Position numbers and translations under genes: made by a program
Notes under the pieces: generated by a model
Databases searched by the model: none
What the model saw: only the letters and a program-made list of their open reading frames with translations
What the model was told of the DNA's origin: nothing
Shown: positions 1 through 20,430 of the stretch, one piece after another
How positions within the stretch are numbered: the first letter of the stretch is position 1
Layout of the letters: every line of letters starts with the position of its first letter
DNA from: Eledone cirrhosa
Taxonomy: Eukaryota
NCBI GenBank assembly: GCA_964016885.1
Contig: OZ024742.1
Location: 91,264,001-91,328,000 of the forward strand
Length of the DNA stretch: 64,000 nucleotides
Direction: 5' to 3'

Positions 1-549
1 TATGTGTTTTCTTAGGTAGGAACTCAATTTCTATATTATGGCCGGAGCTAGCTAATGCTTGATTGTAATATTGTGAGTTTTTGCTAAATATGTTTGCGTC
101 ATAGGACAGACTAGAGATTCTATTGGACACCCCCTTAGAGATAGAGTTTAATATTGATCTAGGGTGATTAGACTTGGTATCTACGTAAATAAGTTTCTCA
201 TTAGGCTTATGGAAGGGTGTATATATTTTTGAGTCTAGGTATAGTGTGGCGTCTAGGAAGTTAACATTTTTAGTGTTTTTGTCCATGGTGATACTAAGGT
301 TAAAGTTTTTGAATGTCTTATGCAGTTGTTTTCTAGTTCTTTCTATATTAAATTTTTTATATTCTATGAGTAGAAGTGCATCATCGCGGTACAAACCACC
401 GTTGAGGTAAGGGAGGTCTTTATGGATTTCATTGAGGAGGTATAGGCCGACCAAATCAGTGACCTGCGCCGAGTCACTAGATCCCATGGTTATGTCGAAG
501 TTGTTGTGCGTATCCTTGCGTGTCCATAGTTGGTCCTCGAAGGTGATTA
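1..549 (-). mobile_element. Inverted copy of part of the adjacent Penelope-like RT (runs off window start)
   Basis: 1-549 is the reverse complement of 707-1254 apart from a few 1-bp indels; translates as ...FDITMGSSDSAQVTDLVGLYLLNEI...GLYRDDALL... Confidence 0.92.
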
Positions 550-2266
550 GAATAATAAGAACAAAAAATTTATTCAATTTGATATCAATTCATACTACAC
601 CTCTATTTCCCCTATCCTATTAAATAAGGCACTTATCATGGCCATGACCAATAGCGACCTGACTAGAGCCCAGGTTTGATGTCATCCTTGCGGGCCCGTA
701 AAACCATAATCACCTTCGAGGACCAACTATGGACACGCAAGGATACGCACAACAACTTCGACATAACCATGGGATCTAGTGACTCGGCGCAGGTCACTGA
801 TTTGGTCGCCTATACCTCCTCAATGAAATCCATAAAGACCTCCCTTACCTCAACGGTGGTTTGTACCGCGATGATGCACTTCTACTCATAGAATATAAAA
901 AATTTAATATAGAAAGAACTAGAAAACAACTGCATAAGACATTCAAAAACTTTAACCTTAGTATCACCATGGACAAAAAACACTAAAAATGTTAACTTCC
1001 TAGACGCCACACTATACCTAGACTCAAAAATATATACACCCTTCCATAAGCCTAATGAGAAACTTATTTACGTAGATACCAAGTCTAATCACCCTAGATC
1101 AATATTAAACTCTATCTCTAAGGGGTGTCCAATAGAATCTCTAGTCTGTCCTATGACGCAAACATATTTAGCAAAAACTCACAATATTACAATCAAGCAT
1201 TAGCTAGCTCCGGCCATAATATAGAAATTGAGTTCCTACCTAAGAAAACACATAGCTACAACATCATCTCGCACAACATGTCCATGAGGAAATCTAATAA
1301 TAGGAATAGCAACCACAAGTACACCAAAGCGGAGGGTGCCACCGAAGTAACCATTACCATGGAAACTACTGTGAGGCCTTAGGAGGAAGCAACACACCAA
1401 ACACTAAAAGCAAAAATAGAAGAAGAAATAATACATTTTTCAACCCTCCTTTCAACCTAAATGTCTCCACCAACATACCTAGGGCTTTCTTCTCACTACT
1501 AGATAAAAACTTCCCTCTAGGACACAAGTACCACAACCTCTTAAACAAAAACACCATTAAAATCTCATACTCCACGACGCCTAACTTAGCATACCACATA
1601 GCTAGCAGCAATAATAGTAAAATTAGTTCTTACTTCCAACAAACTAAATCGCAACGGGATGCAAACCCTCTAAATACCACTGTAGCAAGCAACAATAGCA
1701 ACGGCAGAGTAACAATAGAAATAACACTAGTATAAGTAATAACACCAGGGTTGTCAACCTGAACACCCAAAATCCTATACCCACCACACAGACTTCCGCA
1801 TTGCATTATAACCAGCGGACTAACGCACAGAATAATTGTAACTGTAGAGTTAATAGAACCTGCCCTTTAGATAAAAAATGCCTAACCAAGGATGTCATAT
1901 ACTCATGCACAGTCACGACTAATAACTCTTCAGGAAACCTATGTAGGCTCCACTTCTAACTGCTTCAAAATTAGATATAACTCGCACATCCACTCGTTCA
2001 AAAAGCACAGCCTAGCCAACTCCACCTCACTTTCTAGCTACATTCACTATCTAAAATCTAAAAATAAACCATACACACTCAAATGGGAAGTGATAGGCAG
2101 CGCGACCTCGTACAAACCACCTAATAAATTCTGTAACCTCTGTATACTAGAGACACACAATATTATCTTCTCCAACCGTAACCTACTTAACAAAAAATCT
2201 GAGGTGTTTGCAACTTGCCAGCACCGCCTCAGACATTCCTTCCAAAACTTTAAGCCCCATATATAG
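550..2266 (+). mobile_element. 5'-truncated Penelope-like element: frameshifted RT, linker and C-terminal GIY-YIG endonuclease
   Basis: RT motifs FIQFDINSYY (~568), FDITMGSSDSAQ, GLYRDD, NFLDATL, FHKPN, SNHP; linker FFNPPFNLNVSTNI...NTIKISYS; several frameshifts. Confidence 0.92.
1831..2266 (+). pseudogene. PLE GIY-YIG endonuclease domain (one frameshift near 1930)
   Basis: CNCRVNRTCPLDKKCLTKDVIYSC then YVGSTSNCFKIRYNSH...CNLCILE...LLNKKSE...CQH. Confidence 0.88.
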
Positions 2267-3297
2267 CAATGTCGGACTGGAACCTAACACCACATCTAGC
2301 ATCAAACACCAGAGACACACCCTATACTACATACCCAACACTAGCTGATCCATTATAACACAAACAACGACATCCCTCTGAACCCTTCGCAGGGAAAATA
2401 CCCATTTATACCTCTACGGCAGGTGTGTCAACATCCACCCACCTGGACGGCACTACACCGCTCTAAGGGTAATTTGAGCATGAATTGATCGGTTGGATGG
2501 TGTTGGGCAGAGGAAACACCTTCCTTAGACAGATGTAAAATGATTTATCGAGTAGCGCTGTTGACCAGTAGGACCAGGCTGCTGAACGCAGTGAGTGAAT
2601 GCAATGCAACTTGCGGGTTGTACGTATATGGATGATCTGACGGTCAGAGAGGGGTCGCGAGGACTGCGGATTGACCTTTGGCCTGCCTGGGGATGATTAT
2701 CTTTCGACATCCAATGTAGCAAGCGATGACCCAGATCTTACCAGAGATCATTGGGTCCTGAAGCAATCCTGCAATCACCGCGCCTGGTCATATGAGCAGA
2801 CTACAACCATAGAGATCATTAATTTAGAATCCTCGCTCATCATCTATAATTTCCATTTGTAGCACCTTAAGATGGGTTAATCCACCCTAATAATAATATG
2901 ATCACCTTCAGCATAATTTAGTTAAACTACTCTATAGTTAGTACACTTTATGCTTTAAAAGTCTCTCTTGGAAGGTGCACCTCACCATAGAATTTAGGGT
3001 CTATATTGAGACACATTTTAATGGCTAGATATAGAAACCCCAGAGTTACCTCCCCGCATGCATTAACTCCCCTTAGCCACACACACACTTCCGGTATTCA
3101 ATGGCGTCTCTCGAAACGTAACAACCTCCTGTATCGAACTAAAGAACACCAGACTACGATCTCTAACTGGATTGTCGTGGATTATGTGAAAGGCATATAA
3201 TCGAAATATACACTCCCTTGACCATGAAAATACCGAAGTACATGAATTACTTGACATCCCTGCGCTGTGCATCTCCAATACTTATAACACTTTTAAT

Positions 3298-3497
3298 NNN
3301 NNNNNNNNNNNNNNNNNNNNNNNNNNNNNNNNNNNNNNNNNNNNNNNNNNNNNNNNNNNNNNNNNNNNNNNNNNNNNNNNNNNNNNNNNNNNNNNNNNNN
3401 NNNNNNNNNNNNNNNNNNNNNNNNNNNNNNNNNNNNNNNNNNNNNNNNNNNNNNNNNNNNNNNNNNNNNNNNNNNNNNNNNNNNNNNNNNNNNNNNN
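3298..3497. other. Assembly gap (200 N)
   Basis: Run of N. Confidence 1.
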
Positions 3498-3908
3498 AGA
3501 CAAAATACAATATAAACAGTTTTATAGATAAATAGATTCGACATACCGTAATAAACAACGACTTCATTTGAAGAGGTTTACGCCAGCAGTGAAATTTTAT
3601 ACAGAGAGACAGAAAGAGAGAAAAAAGAAAGAAAGGCAAAACGAAGAAAAAAAAAGAAGAAAAAGAAGAAAAAGAAAAAGAAGAGATGCATGGAACAAAA
3701 TAGAGAGATGGAAAAATAGATAAAGCGAAGAGCTTCATGTTATAAGAAACAGAAAGAGATATATATATATAGAGAGAGAGGAAATAGAGATAGATACATA
3801 TATATATATAGAAAATTAGGTAGTGGGAGGTCATTTTGAGTAAGTGTATCAATGATACATTTATTTATTTATTTATTTATTTAGCTCAAGTATTAATGTA
3901 AGGGAGAT

Positions 3909-3988
3909 ATATATATGTATATATATATATATGTATATATATGTATATATATGTATATGTATATATATATATGTATATATGTATATAT

Positions 3989-4020
<32 letters not shown>

Positions 4021-4067
4021 GTATATATATGTATATATATATATATATATATACATATATGTATATA

Positions 4068-4099
<32 letters not shown>

Positions 4100-4106
4100 C
4101 ATATAG

Positions 4107-4196
<90 letters not shown>

Positions 4197-4210
4197 GTAT
4201 ATGTATATAT

Positions 4211-4269
<59 letters not shown>

Positions 4270-4332
4270 ATGTATATGTATATATATATATATATTATGT
4301 ATATGTATATATATATATATATTATGTATATG

Positions 4333-4425
<93 letters not shown>

Positions 4426-4435
4426 ATATATATAT
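3909..4435. repeat. Interrupted (TA)n microsatellite
   Basis: (TA)n with TG/CA interruptions. Confidence 0.98.
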
Positions 4436-4868
4436 TAAACACAACCACCAATCAATAATAGACTAGAACTAAACACCCAATTTATAACTTGATAGAGCTT
4501 CTAGCCCCATATTTACACCCCCCCCCACACACACACACACGCTTACACCTCCACTTATTCTCTCTCACATATACACACACAAAACCAGTTCTAACGCGAA
4601 ATAACACCTATCCCCCACATTTACGAATAGACATATCTTGTCACACTCACACACACACACTCACATACTTACACCTTCATGCATTCTCCCACACACTTAA
4701 ACAGGCATGTATATAAAAAAAAAAAAAAAAAAAACCTTTTTAAAGGGAGACTACTCTTTATCCACCTAATCTTAACTCTTTGACATTAGAGATAGAACAG
4801 ATACTCTATACCATTTCCTGTCAGCATGACTTGGCAAGCAATTTAGAACACTGGTTGACACCTTTACT

Positions 4869-4907
4869 TCGCTCTGAAGAAGAGATATTATCTCGAAAAT
4901 TAAGGAC
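4869..4907 (+). ncRNA. Minimal type I hammerhead motif with degenerate stem I
   Basis: CTGAAGA-a-gagat/att/atctc-GAAA-at-TA; lies in a ~600-bp island between (TA)n tracts. Confidence 0.55.
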
Positions 4908-5040
4908 ATTTAAATAAATCTAAGGTAAAAGACTAATTGTCAACAATATCTTTTGCATTTGCATTCTTTATTCTATGTCCATACCTGCATTGTTTTGGCT
5001 TTATTATACATATACAAACGTTTATATATATATATATGTA

Positions 5041-5690
5041 CGTTATTCCGGGTTGAATCGGAGGTAACCACAGTAAGTAAGGTACTCAATACATAGCAGA
5101 GTATAATAGTTTTAATATAGAAGAGATTCTACAGGACTAGAACTGTTTCATTCATTAGAAATCATCAGGAATCTGGGTATCAAAAAATAAATATGGTATT
5201 TATAGGTCTCTACAAGTGGTAGGAGAGGGTGGGGAGTGGGATGGGTGCAGGTCATTGGTTGATAGAGAAGGGAATTCATTAAAGGCTAATTCTACATAGC
5301 TATAGTTAATTTATATTTATTTATGTTTTTAGAGTAACAAAGGCAGACAGGAATCTATAAACAAGTTCCGGATGGCATACCATTCCTTGTCAATAAGTTT
5401 CTCTTAAGCTAGCAGATGTCTATAAAATCAGTGGGGGTCATTCATGCTCGATAGAATTAAAGAAAAGGGAGATTCTTTAAAAGCTAAAGTCATTAAGTTC
5501 TGCTAAGTGACAAAGGTCTAGGAATTCTGCAGACAGATTCAAAATACTGAGTGCATATCTTACTATTATCTTCGAACTTCTCTTAAACTAATCAACAATA
5601 TGCCAAATCAACAGACACATTCACAAAAAAAACAAAAAAAGCCCCCAAAAAACCAAAAAACCAGAAAAACAAAAAAAAAAAAAAAAAAAA
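5041..5690 (-). mobile_element. Non-coding PLE-type element (family A) in (TA)n
   Basis: 5041-5175 matches 52157-52290 and 17873-17970; carries an HHR. Confidence 0.75.
5124..5174 (-). ncRNA. Type I hammerhead (family A)
   Basis: agattc-CTGATGA-tttctaatgaat-GAAA-cag(ttctagtc)ctg-TA-gaatct. Confidence 0.85.
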
Positions 5691-5692
5691 AA

Positions 5693-6684
<992 letters not shown>

Positions 6685-6686
<2 letters not shown>

Positions 6687-6968
6687 TCTCGTGTAGCACC
6701 CATCCACCATCTGAGTGAGTCTCTTGGTCAGTGTCCAAGTCTCAGACCCATACATGCTCACCGACATCCAGAGTTGACATTGCACTCAGTGCTCCTTTGG
6801 GAGCCCCTACATGGACACACTGGAAGAGGAAGACCAAGGTTAACATATGTTGATGCCCTAAGGACAGACACTGGTCTGTTGGAGACGCAGGACATGGCAG
6901 CGATAATGAGGGACAGAGACCGCTGGAGAGAACTCGTCCATGGATCTCGGGAATTTTACCCGCCTTAG
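6685..6968 (+). mobile_element. RTE-like LINE 3' fragment with inverted 5' piece
   Basis: + strand HRHPE...[24 protein letters not shown]...[11 protein letters not shown]; - strand 6685-6756 [22 protein letters not shown]. Confidence 0.85.
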
Positions 6969-7453
<485 letters not shown>

Positions 7454-7484
7454 AAGAATCAAAGAACTGTTCAAAACATTATTG

Positions 7485-7531
7485 TGCTTACAGCTGTTTC
7501 CTCCAAACCGAGGTTTGGATTCTTCGGAGCA
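7485..7531 (-). ncRNA. Minimal type I hammerhead (U4C variant) in a ~520-bp island (7447-7971)
   Basis: tgct-CCGAAGA-a-tccaaac(ctcg)gtttgga-g-GAAA-cagctg-TA-agca; palindromic stem III. Confidence 0.75.
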
Positions 7532-7971
7532 ATTTATTAATGCATGGACAGTTATATGACCTCCCTTTCAGCCGAGAGACATACCAATACATATTCAAAC
7601 ATTGTGGGTCAACATTCATTACAGAATTTAGAGTGGCAGTACACACTTCGAGATTACATTTATATTAATAGGTACAATCAAAAATCAAAGATATAGGTTA
7701 AAGTACAACATGAAGATAAGTGGTTATATAGTGCAAATGTTATATGTGTGGCACGCATGTGCGTCTTGTTTATATAGTGTGGCAGAGAGATATGTGTGGT
7801 AGAGGCACTTAGGTAGGTAAATAAGAGTGTTAGGTTGGTAGATCTGGTGGCAAAGTCTTTATATGATTGATATAGTCTGTGTGTGGAGAAATATTATAAG
7901 CATTAAAGATAAAATACTTACAACTGCTTAAGGTTTTGTGTTTACATAACCATAAATAGTATAACTAATAC

Positions 7972-9811
<1,840 letters not shown>

Positions 9812-10704
9812 AGATAAATCTACCAAGAGTTTACGGTAGTGTCCAATCCGTATGAAGAACTCAATGTATTCCGGATATCATGGAAAGAAGAGATGTAATG
9901 AAAATCCAATTTCGGTGAAATATAAACGGTATACAGAGTCAAGATAAAATATTAAACAAATAATGAACAAACAATTCCTTATATTAAACAAAAAAAGTTC
10001 ACTATTTAACGATCGTTTCTAGGGTATATATGTGTTATAATTGGTATGCATATTTAACAGATCTATGTACAAGATTATACAAAATTATACAAATTATCAA
10101 GATTAAATATACATACCTAACTCATATATACGCCGTCTTCAGAAATAATGAAGTATATTTATTGATAATAACAACAATTCAAAATATCAGTTCAAAATTG
10201 ACCAATGAAAACACAAAGGGTTAAAAAGCAGTTTGGTGTGTGTATATACATGCAAAACCCCACACACATTTTACAATAATGTGTGTATAATTTGTATGTG
10301 CATACTAAAAAGATGGATGCAATTTATTTGCATCCATCTTTTTAGTATGCACATACAAATTATACACACATTATTGTAAAATGTGTGTGGGTTTTGCATG
10401 TATATACACACACCAAACTGCTTTTAACCCTTTGTGTTTTCATTGGTCAATTTTGAACTGATATTTTGAATTGTTGTTATTATCAATAAATATACTTCAT
10501 TATTTCTGAAGACGGCGTATATATGAGTTAGGTATGTATATTTAATCTTGATAATTTGTATAATTTTGTATAATCTTGTACATAGATCTGTTAAATATGC
10601 ATACCAATTATAACACATATATACCCTAGAAACGATCGTTAAATAGTGAACTTTTTTTGTTTAATATAAGGAATTGTTTGTTCATTATTTGTTTAATATT
10701 TTAT
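9812..10704. mobile_element. Fold-back PLE-type insertion with ~378-bp palindromic arms
   Basis: 9944-10322 is the reverse complement of 10328-10704 (5-nt loop, 2 indels); unique tail 9812-9943; (TA)n on both sides. Confidence 0.9.
10496..10650 (+). ncRNA. Type I hammerhead with 116-nt stem-loop II (mirror copy 9998-10152 on -)
   Basis: ttcattattt-CTGAAGA-[116 nt closed by gtatatatg/catatatac]-GAAA-cgatcg-TT-aaatagtgaa; 10-bp stem I. Confidence 0.75.
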
Positions 10705-14361
<3,657 letters not shown>

Positions 14362-16848
14362 TTTAATTTTCATGCATGTCTAAATGTCTGAATATATACG
14401 TATATATGCTTAGGGCGGGTGTTGACTGTGTTCATATTGCATTTGTCCCCGTGTATGTATGTATGTGTGTGTGTGTGTTTGTTAACCTAGTGACGCGGGA
14501 GGGATAAAGATTAAAAAGAATAGAGAAAAAATGACACGCGAGCAAGAAATATAAGAGAAGCAATGAGAATAGCAAGTGGTCACCGGAGCAAGGTTCGATT
14601 TCACCGTGTCATCATCGTTGGCTTGCTATTGTAACAGATACCAAACAGTTCAGATTTCTGCCAAATAAGCAGAAAATGTATATCTCAGATGTTTACCAAA
14701 TGAGTGATAACAGTAAGAATAATGATGTCTAAATTATAAAAGTGTGTGGATGTACGTGTGCAAATGTATAACTTCTAAGGTGGGCAATGGAATAAAGAAA
14801 GAAAGATCACGAAATACCGCAAATACATTTTGTTGAACTGTATCAACAAACACCATCGTCATTCTTCAACCCCCCCCCCCACCTCCAAAAAAAACCACCA
14901 AACAAAACAAAAAACAGCTACAGCATCATTAATATATACAGTAACAACAAGAACAAAAAGAAAACTATATTATTAGTAAAGTATCGTTAGTTTAAGCACA
15001 CTATCTCTTCTACTCATTCCAAGCTAACACCCAAACACACCTCAAAGTTCGCTATACTGCAATGATTCGGCAACTTGTTTTACCTGAGGCACACTTTAGA
15101 GGAATAAAAATATTTTCGTGTACATTGTGGACAGGAAAAAAAAATATTGAAAAGGTATTTTAGCCTATAAACATAAATATTTTAATTTACATAAAATTAA
15201 TTCTTAATTCTACATTCAATAAACGAAGCATAGTTATCAAGATCTTATATTTATAATTTTAGTTTGTACCTTTCGCGTATCTTAAATGTAATTGTATTAT
15301 TTTCGAGGTGTCCCGAGCGATATCTCACGCCCCATCAGTGTGAACTATTGACTTAAGAAATTGGTTATATTGAATATCACCCCACCTGTTATTAAAAAAC
15401 TGCTTGATATTAAGAGTATTCAAGTATCCATCAACGGCTGATCAATATGAGAATAAATCGACAGGAAAAGTAGAGTGGGAGTGTACAATGTCAACGCTTT
15501 TTGCAATTTTGCAAGACCCTCAGGTCTTGAGTAATCATCCCTCCACCCACCCGTTTATTAAATTTTGCTAATCTATCTCCGGCGAAATTTTATTGTAAGT
15601 GATTCATATCGATACAGCAGCTGGATAATCTAATTATAATTTTATTTTACATTAGAAAAACATTATATATGACAAGAAAAGAACATTACAAGAAATCCCA
15701 TATTTACGAACGTACAATATACAATCCCCCCCCCCCCCACACACACACACGCTTATTCCAGCCCCCTTATTATTTGGGACCCGAGAGTAGTCAATTAAAC
15801 AGCATAAGAGAAAGACCTAAAGTGAAGCGGTTACAAAGGGGAATCGAACCCAGAATACCCCGTCATAATGTCATTCTTGTGCCAAAAGTAGAAACAATTA
15901 CTTTCTAAGGGAAACTAACCCGTCCCACCAGACTTCAGCATCCAGCCTTTTATATCAACACTTTTCATATCTAATCGAGCCTTGTGAAACTTCATTACTC
16001 ACGGAGACGTAAATTGAGCCGCCGTTTAGTATCACATGTAGTTTGAACCACGCGTGAAATAAATATATTTCCCCCTTCTTTTCTTTACTTACTATGCTGT
16101 TGTTTTTATTCTTTATTTCATATAGATTTTCGTTTCGTTTTTTTGTCTTTTTCTGTTATACGCTTAATTTATATTCTTTTTTGCTTTATTTATTTATCTA
16201 TTATTTATCTCTATTTATGTCTATGTGGGTGAGAGAAAATGTACTTGCCTGCGTGCGAGTATGTGGATCTAATGAAACAGATATATAACCCCAGTCTACG
16301 TAAGAAATTCTTCCCTAATAAAAATAAAAAACAAAAAAGTAATAACTTATAAAAAATAAAGTAACCTCGCACGCATGCAGACACAAGCGCGCACGAATTG
16401 TGAGTTGTTAACTGGTAGGAGAAAACGCCTTGTGATATTTATTCCGGCTCTATTTGCTTTGAGTTCAAATCTTGTCGAGTCAACTTCGAAATCATCATTT
16501 TAGAGTCGTGATTTAAAAATGAATAAAATCAAGTGGCTCGACGTATGTTGATCAAACGGAATTATATGCTTATGTGAAACTAAAGGCATATGAATTTGAG
16601 CTCGTATGTTTATATATATATATATATATATGTTTGTGTATATATATATATATATATAATGTGTGTGTCGGAGGGGGAGGGCGCAAAAGTAAACGAAATC
16701 AATAAAGCAAACAACACAGTACAATAAAGAAATATATTAGTTTAATGCTTGATGTAGTAGGGAAAGATTCTTTAGGCTTCGGACACTAGCCCTTCATTAG
16801 CTGATAGAATAAGAAATGAAAGATAAAATAGAAAGATAGTTTGGAGTA

Positions 16849-16942
<94 letters not shown>

Positions 16943-17213
16943 ATGTGTGTGTGTATGTGTGTGTGTGTGTGTGTACATGAATAATTACGAAGACACGATG
17001 TTAATTTTTATATTATATGCTATTACAAGAAGTTATATAATTAAATAAATTATAACATGAAAAATTAATATTCTGTCTTCATAATTATTCATGTATGAAC
17101 ACTCCGTCAATTTTTACGGCTGGCTTTGCCATAAATTGAAAGCAAAATTTGTTTTCGCTCTAACATAGCGGATACATAAATGCATTCGTGAGTTTTATAT
17201 CGAATAATAATAA

Positions 17214-17297
17214 TAATTGTTTCTACTTTAGGCACAAGGCCAGCAATTACCCAGTGCATTACTGGTACTTTATTTTATCGACCCCGTAAGGATGAAT
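17214..17297 (-). mobile_element. tRNA-derived SINE, 3' fragment
   Basis: Matches the tail of full copies (taattgtttctactttaggcacaaggccagcaattacccagtgcattactggtac). Confidence 0.85.
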
Positions 17298-17872
17298 AAT
17301 ATTATTAATATTCGATTCGTTGGAAGCAAACAGCCTCATAACGTCATGTGATTTAGACGTCTATCATCAACCTTTTGTTCTAGCAATAGCAGAGAGAAAC
17401 AATCGACAATTATTTCAGGTTTATTGCCCCTTGTTAAGATTGTATATCTCTCCCTTTTCTGTTATACACTAAAACTCATGAAAATATATAGTATTCTTTA
17501 AAGTATATATCGCCTAATTAGCCTAATTTACATACCGAGCGATTTTACGGCTGGCTTTGCTGAGATACACTTCGCTTATTTCAAATCTTCAGGTCAGTGT
17601 TAGTTGTTATTGTTTTCCATAGCCTATTCGACTTAATCGCATGACTCTAAGTCTAGAGAAGTGTTGCAAAATGCTTTAATCAAATGCAGCATTTTACCTG
17701 TTCTTATTTTATCGACTGCTGAAGAATGAAAGATAAATTCGACCTCTTTGGTGTTGAACACAGAACATAAAGAGACAGGTAATTACTTATCAAATATCTC
17801 TACTGTTGTGGTTGTTTTGTAATTCTTACACATTTCTTCTACGAAGAGGCCCAAATTCAATCAGTTATATAT

Positions 17873-17970
17873 ATGATCTCCTTCGAACGAAACAGTTCTA
17901 GTCCTGTAGAAGCTATTTCTATATTAAATATTTATACTCTGCTATGTATCGAGTGCCTTACTTACCCGGG
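17873..17970 (+). mobile_element. Family A fragment with 5'-truncated hammerhead
   Basis: atga-tctccttcgaac-GAAA-cagttctagtcctg-TA-gaagct followed by the family A tail. Confidence 0.75.
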
Positions 17971-18047
17971 ACACAAACAACACACACAGACAGGAAGACA
18001 GACAGACAGACAGACAGACACACACACGCACACACACACACACACAC

Positions 18048-18095
<48 letters not shown>

Positions 18096-18098
<3 letters not shown>

Positions 18099-18390
18099 CG
18101 AAGGCAGTGTGGTAAGGAACCAGGTGGAGCATAACGCACCAGAGTACTCGATACTATAGATAGTAGAGTGGGTAATAGGAAAAAGGTCAGAACCCCGACG
18201 GCTGAGCTCCGGCTGTTTCGACAGCTATCTCTGAACTAGGATAAAATTACAGAAAAATAATAAGGAATTTAATATTTAGTGAAACATAGAAAACGAAAGT
18301 AGTATTGGAAGAACTATAAATGCTATAGTTAGTTCAGAGATAGCTGTCGAAACGGCCGGAGCTCAGCTGTCGGGGACCTGACCCTTTTTC
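18096..18390 (-). mobile_element. Family B non-coding element with partial inverted copy and 3' half of a hammerhead
   Basis: Arms ~18179-18239 / 18331-18390; GAAA-cggc..gctg-TC-gggg; homologous to 22328-22465 and 53181-53370. Confidence 0.8.
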
Positions 18391-18413
18391 TATATATATA
18401 TATATATATATGT

Positions 18414-18800
18414 TTGGTTGTGAAGCGGACAGAGTCAGGTGATGCGGTTTTTGTCCAAGTCAGACACGATCCGTCCGAATGAAGAGCTGTATTTGATGTC
18501 GTTCCTATTATGACGGATATTTGTATACTGGGGGATGGAGAGGCTTTCGCTGGTCCAGTCCGCCAGAGCCAACTCCAGTTCTTGAGCTACGTCAGGTTCT
18601 GCCGTCTTGCTGAGGACCTCGCTGATGAGGGTGTGACTGGAGGAGATTGAAAAGTAGGCTGGCATTGTCAGATCTGATGCGGATCGAAGGCTGAGACCAC
18701 CGAAATTCACAGGTAGCTTCGACTGATGCCACCTGGGGCTGTCGAAACTAACATTGCAGATGAGTTCCGCACAGCGTCGGAAGATTGCATCGAGTTCACC
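18414..18800 (-). mobile_element. CRE-like (RLE-type) non-LTR retrotransposon RT C-terminal fragment
   Basis: ELICNVSFDSPRWHQSKLPVNFGGLSLRSASDLTMPAYFS fits the WxQaxLPxxxGGLGLR thumb motif. Confidence 0.7.
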
Positions 18801-20078
18801 GAAGCGATTTACGAGAGGAAAAAAAACACCCCGCTCAGAATGTCATTTTGTGAATATATCGGCTCAAGTATTTGTTTAGTGTATATTTTTTCAAACACCA
18901 GAAGAATGAAAGGCAAAGTTTACCTCGGCGGAATTTGAATTTTAAAAAAAGTATTAATTAAATATCACAAATCATTTTCTCTACTGATACTGGCAATCCA
19001 CAGTTTAATCGAAACCAGTACTTTAGTGGTATATTTATTTTATGCACCTCGAAAGGATGAAAGGCAAATTTGATCTCCCATGTATTTGAACTCAGAACGT
19101 AGAAAGTTGCATCCAAATACCACAACACATTCTGTCTAAGGCTCTATCTATATTACCAATCCACTCCCTTATCCATGTGTAAATAATATTAGCAGTTCTT
19201 CTGTAGAAAGAGGAATTCTTTACCAAGCAACGGATTGTGTATATATGTTTATTTTACTTCAAATTTTCGGAGATTACCGCATCCAAATATGTTCTACACA
19301 GAACACACGTGACGTTTTTTTTTATCATGCATCGCCGAGTAAACCATGAGTTGTTTTTTTCTACACACACAAAGTCATGAATATAAAATATGCACGTATA
19401 TAGACAAAGCCCTGTACATAGTATATAAACATAGACATACATATGAATATGCAAAAAACACAAACAAACAAAAAAAAGCTCACATATACATGGAGAGAGA
19501 GAGGGGGATGGAGAGAGAGCGGCAGAAAGAAACGAAGGGAAAGAGAGAGTCACCTGAAAGTTTGTTGAGCGTGAAACTCGAGTGGTGACCAAAATCGCAG
19601 TTTAAATAAATATGTGTGCGTGCGTGTGTATGTGTGTGCGTGTACGTGTGTGTATGTGTGTGTGTGCGTGTGCGTGTGCGTGTGTGTGTGTGTGTGTTAT
19701 TTGTATAAATGTATAAAAAAAAAACAAAGAAAATATAGAGAAAAGATATTCGCCTTGAAATCGACACCGTCTAAGCAGCTTTCAAGCCAAACTTGATAAC
19801 GGAGTGCTTCTAATATTGTTATAAACACGCGACACCTTATGCCGTTTGGGGCGAAAGAACGAACCCAGGTGACTCTCCCAAGTAATTTCAGGACAAAAAC
19901 TGATATCTGTAAGGTGTAGGGAGTTACCAGTCTAGTTATGAGAGATGTAAAGAGAATGAGTGTATGTATATATGTATATTTGCATATATATATATGTGTG
20001 TGTGTGCGTGTATGTATATATATATATATAGATGTATGTATATATATATATATATATATATAGGTATATATATGTGTG

Positions 20079-20125
<47 letters not shown>

Positions 20126-20216
20126 GTGTGTATATATATATGTATATATATACATATATATATACACATATATGTATATATATATGTATATATAAATATG
20201 TATATATATATATATG

Positions 20217-20279
<63 letters not shown>

Positions 20280-20285
20280 GTATAT

Positions 20286-20359
<74 letters not shown>

Positions 20360-20382
20360 ATATATATACACACACATATATA

Positions 20383-20430
<48 letters not shown>

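Noticed and set aside
3218-3852. ORFs crossing the N-run
   Set aside because: Artefacts of the assembly gap.
10030-10618. Identical 64-aa ORFs on opposite strands (also 59852/60040)
   Set aside because: By-product of the palindromes; no protein features.
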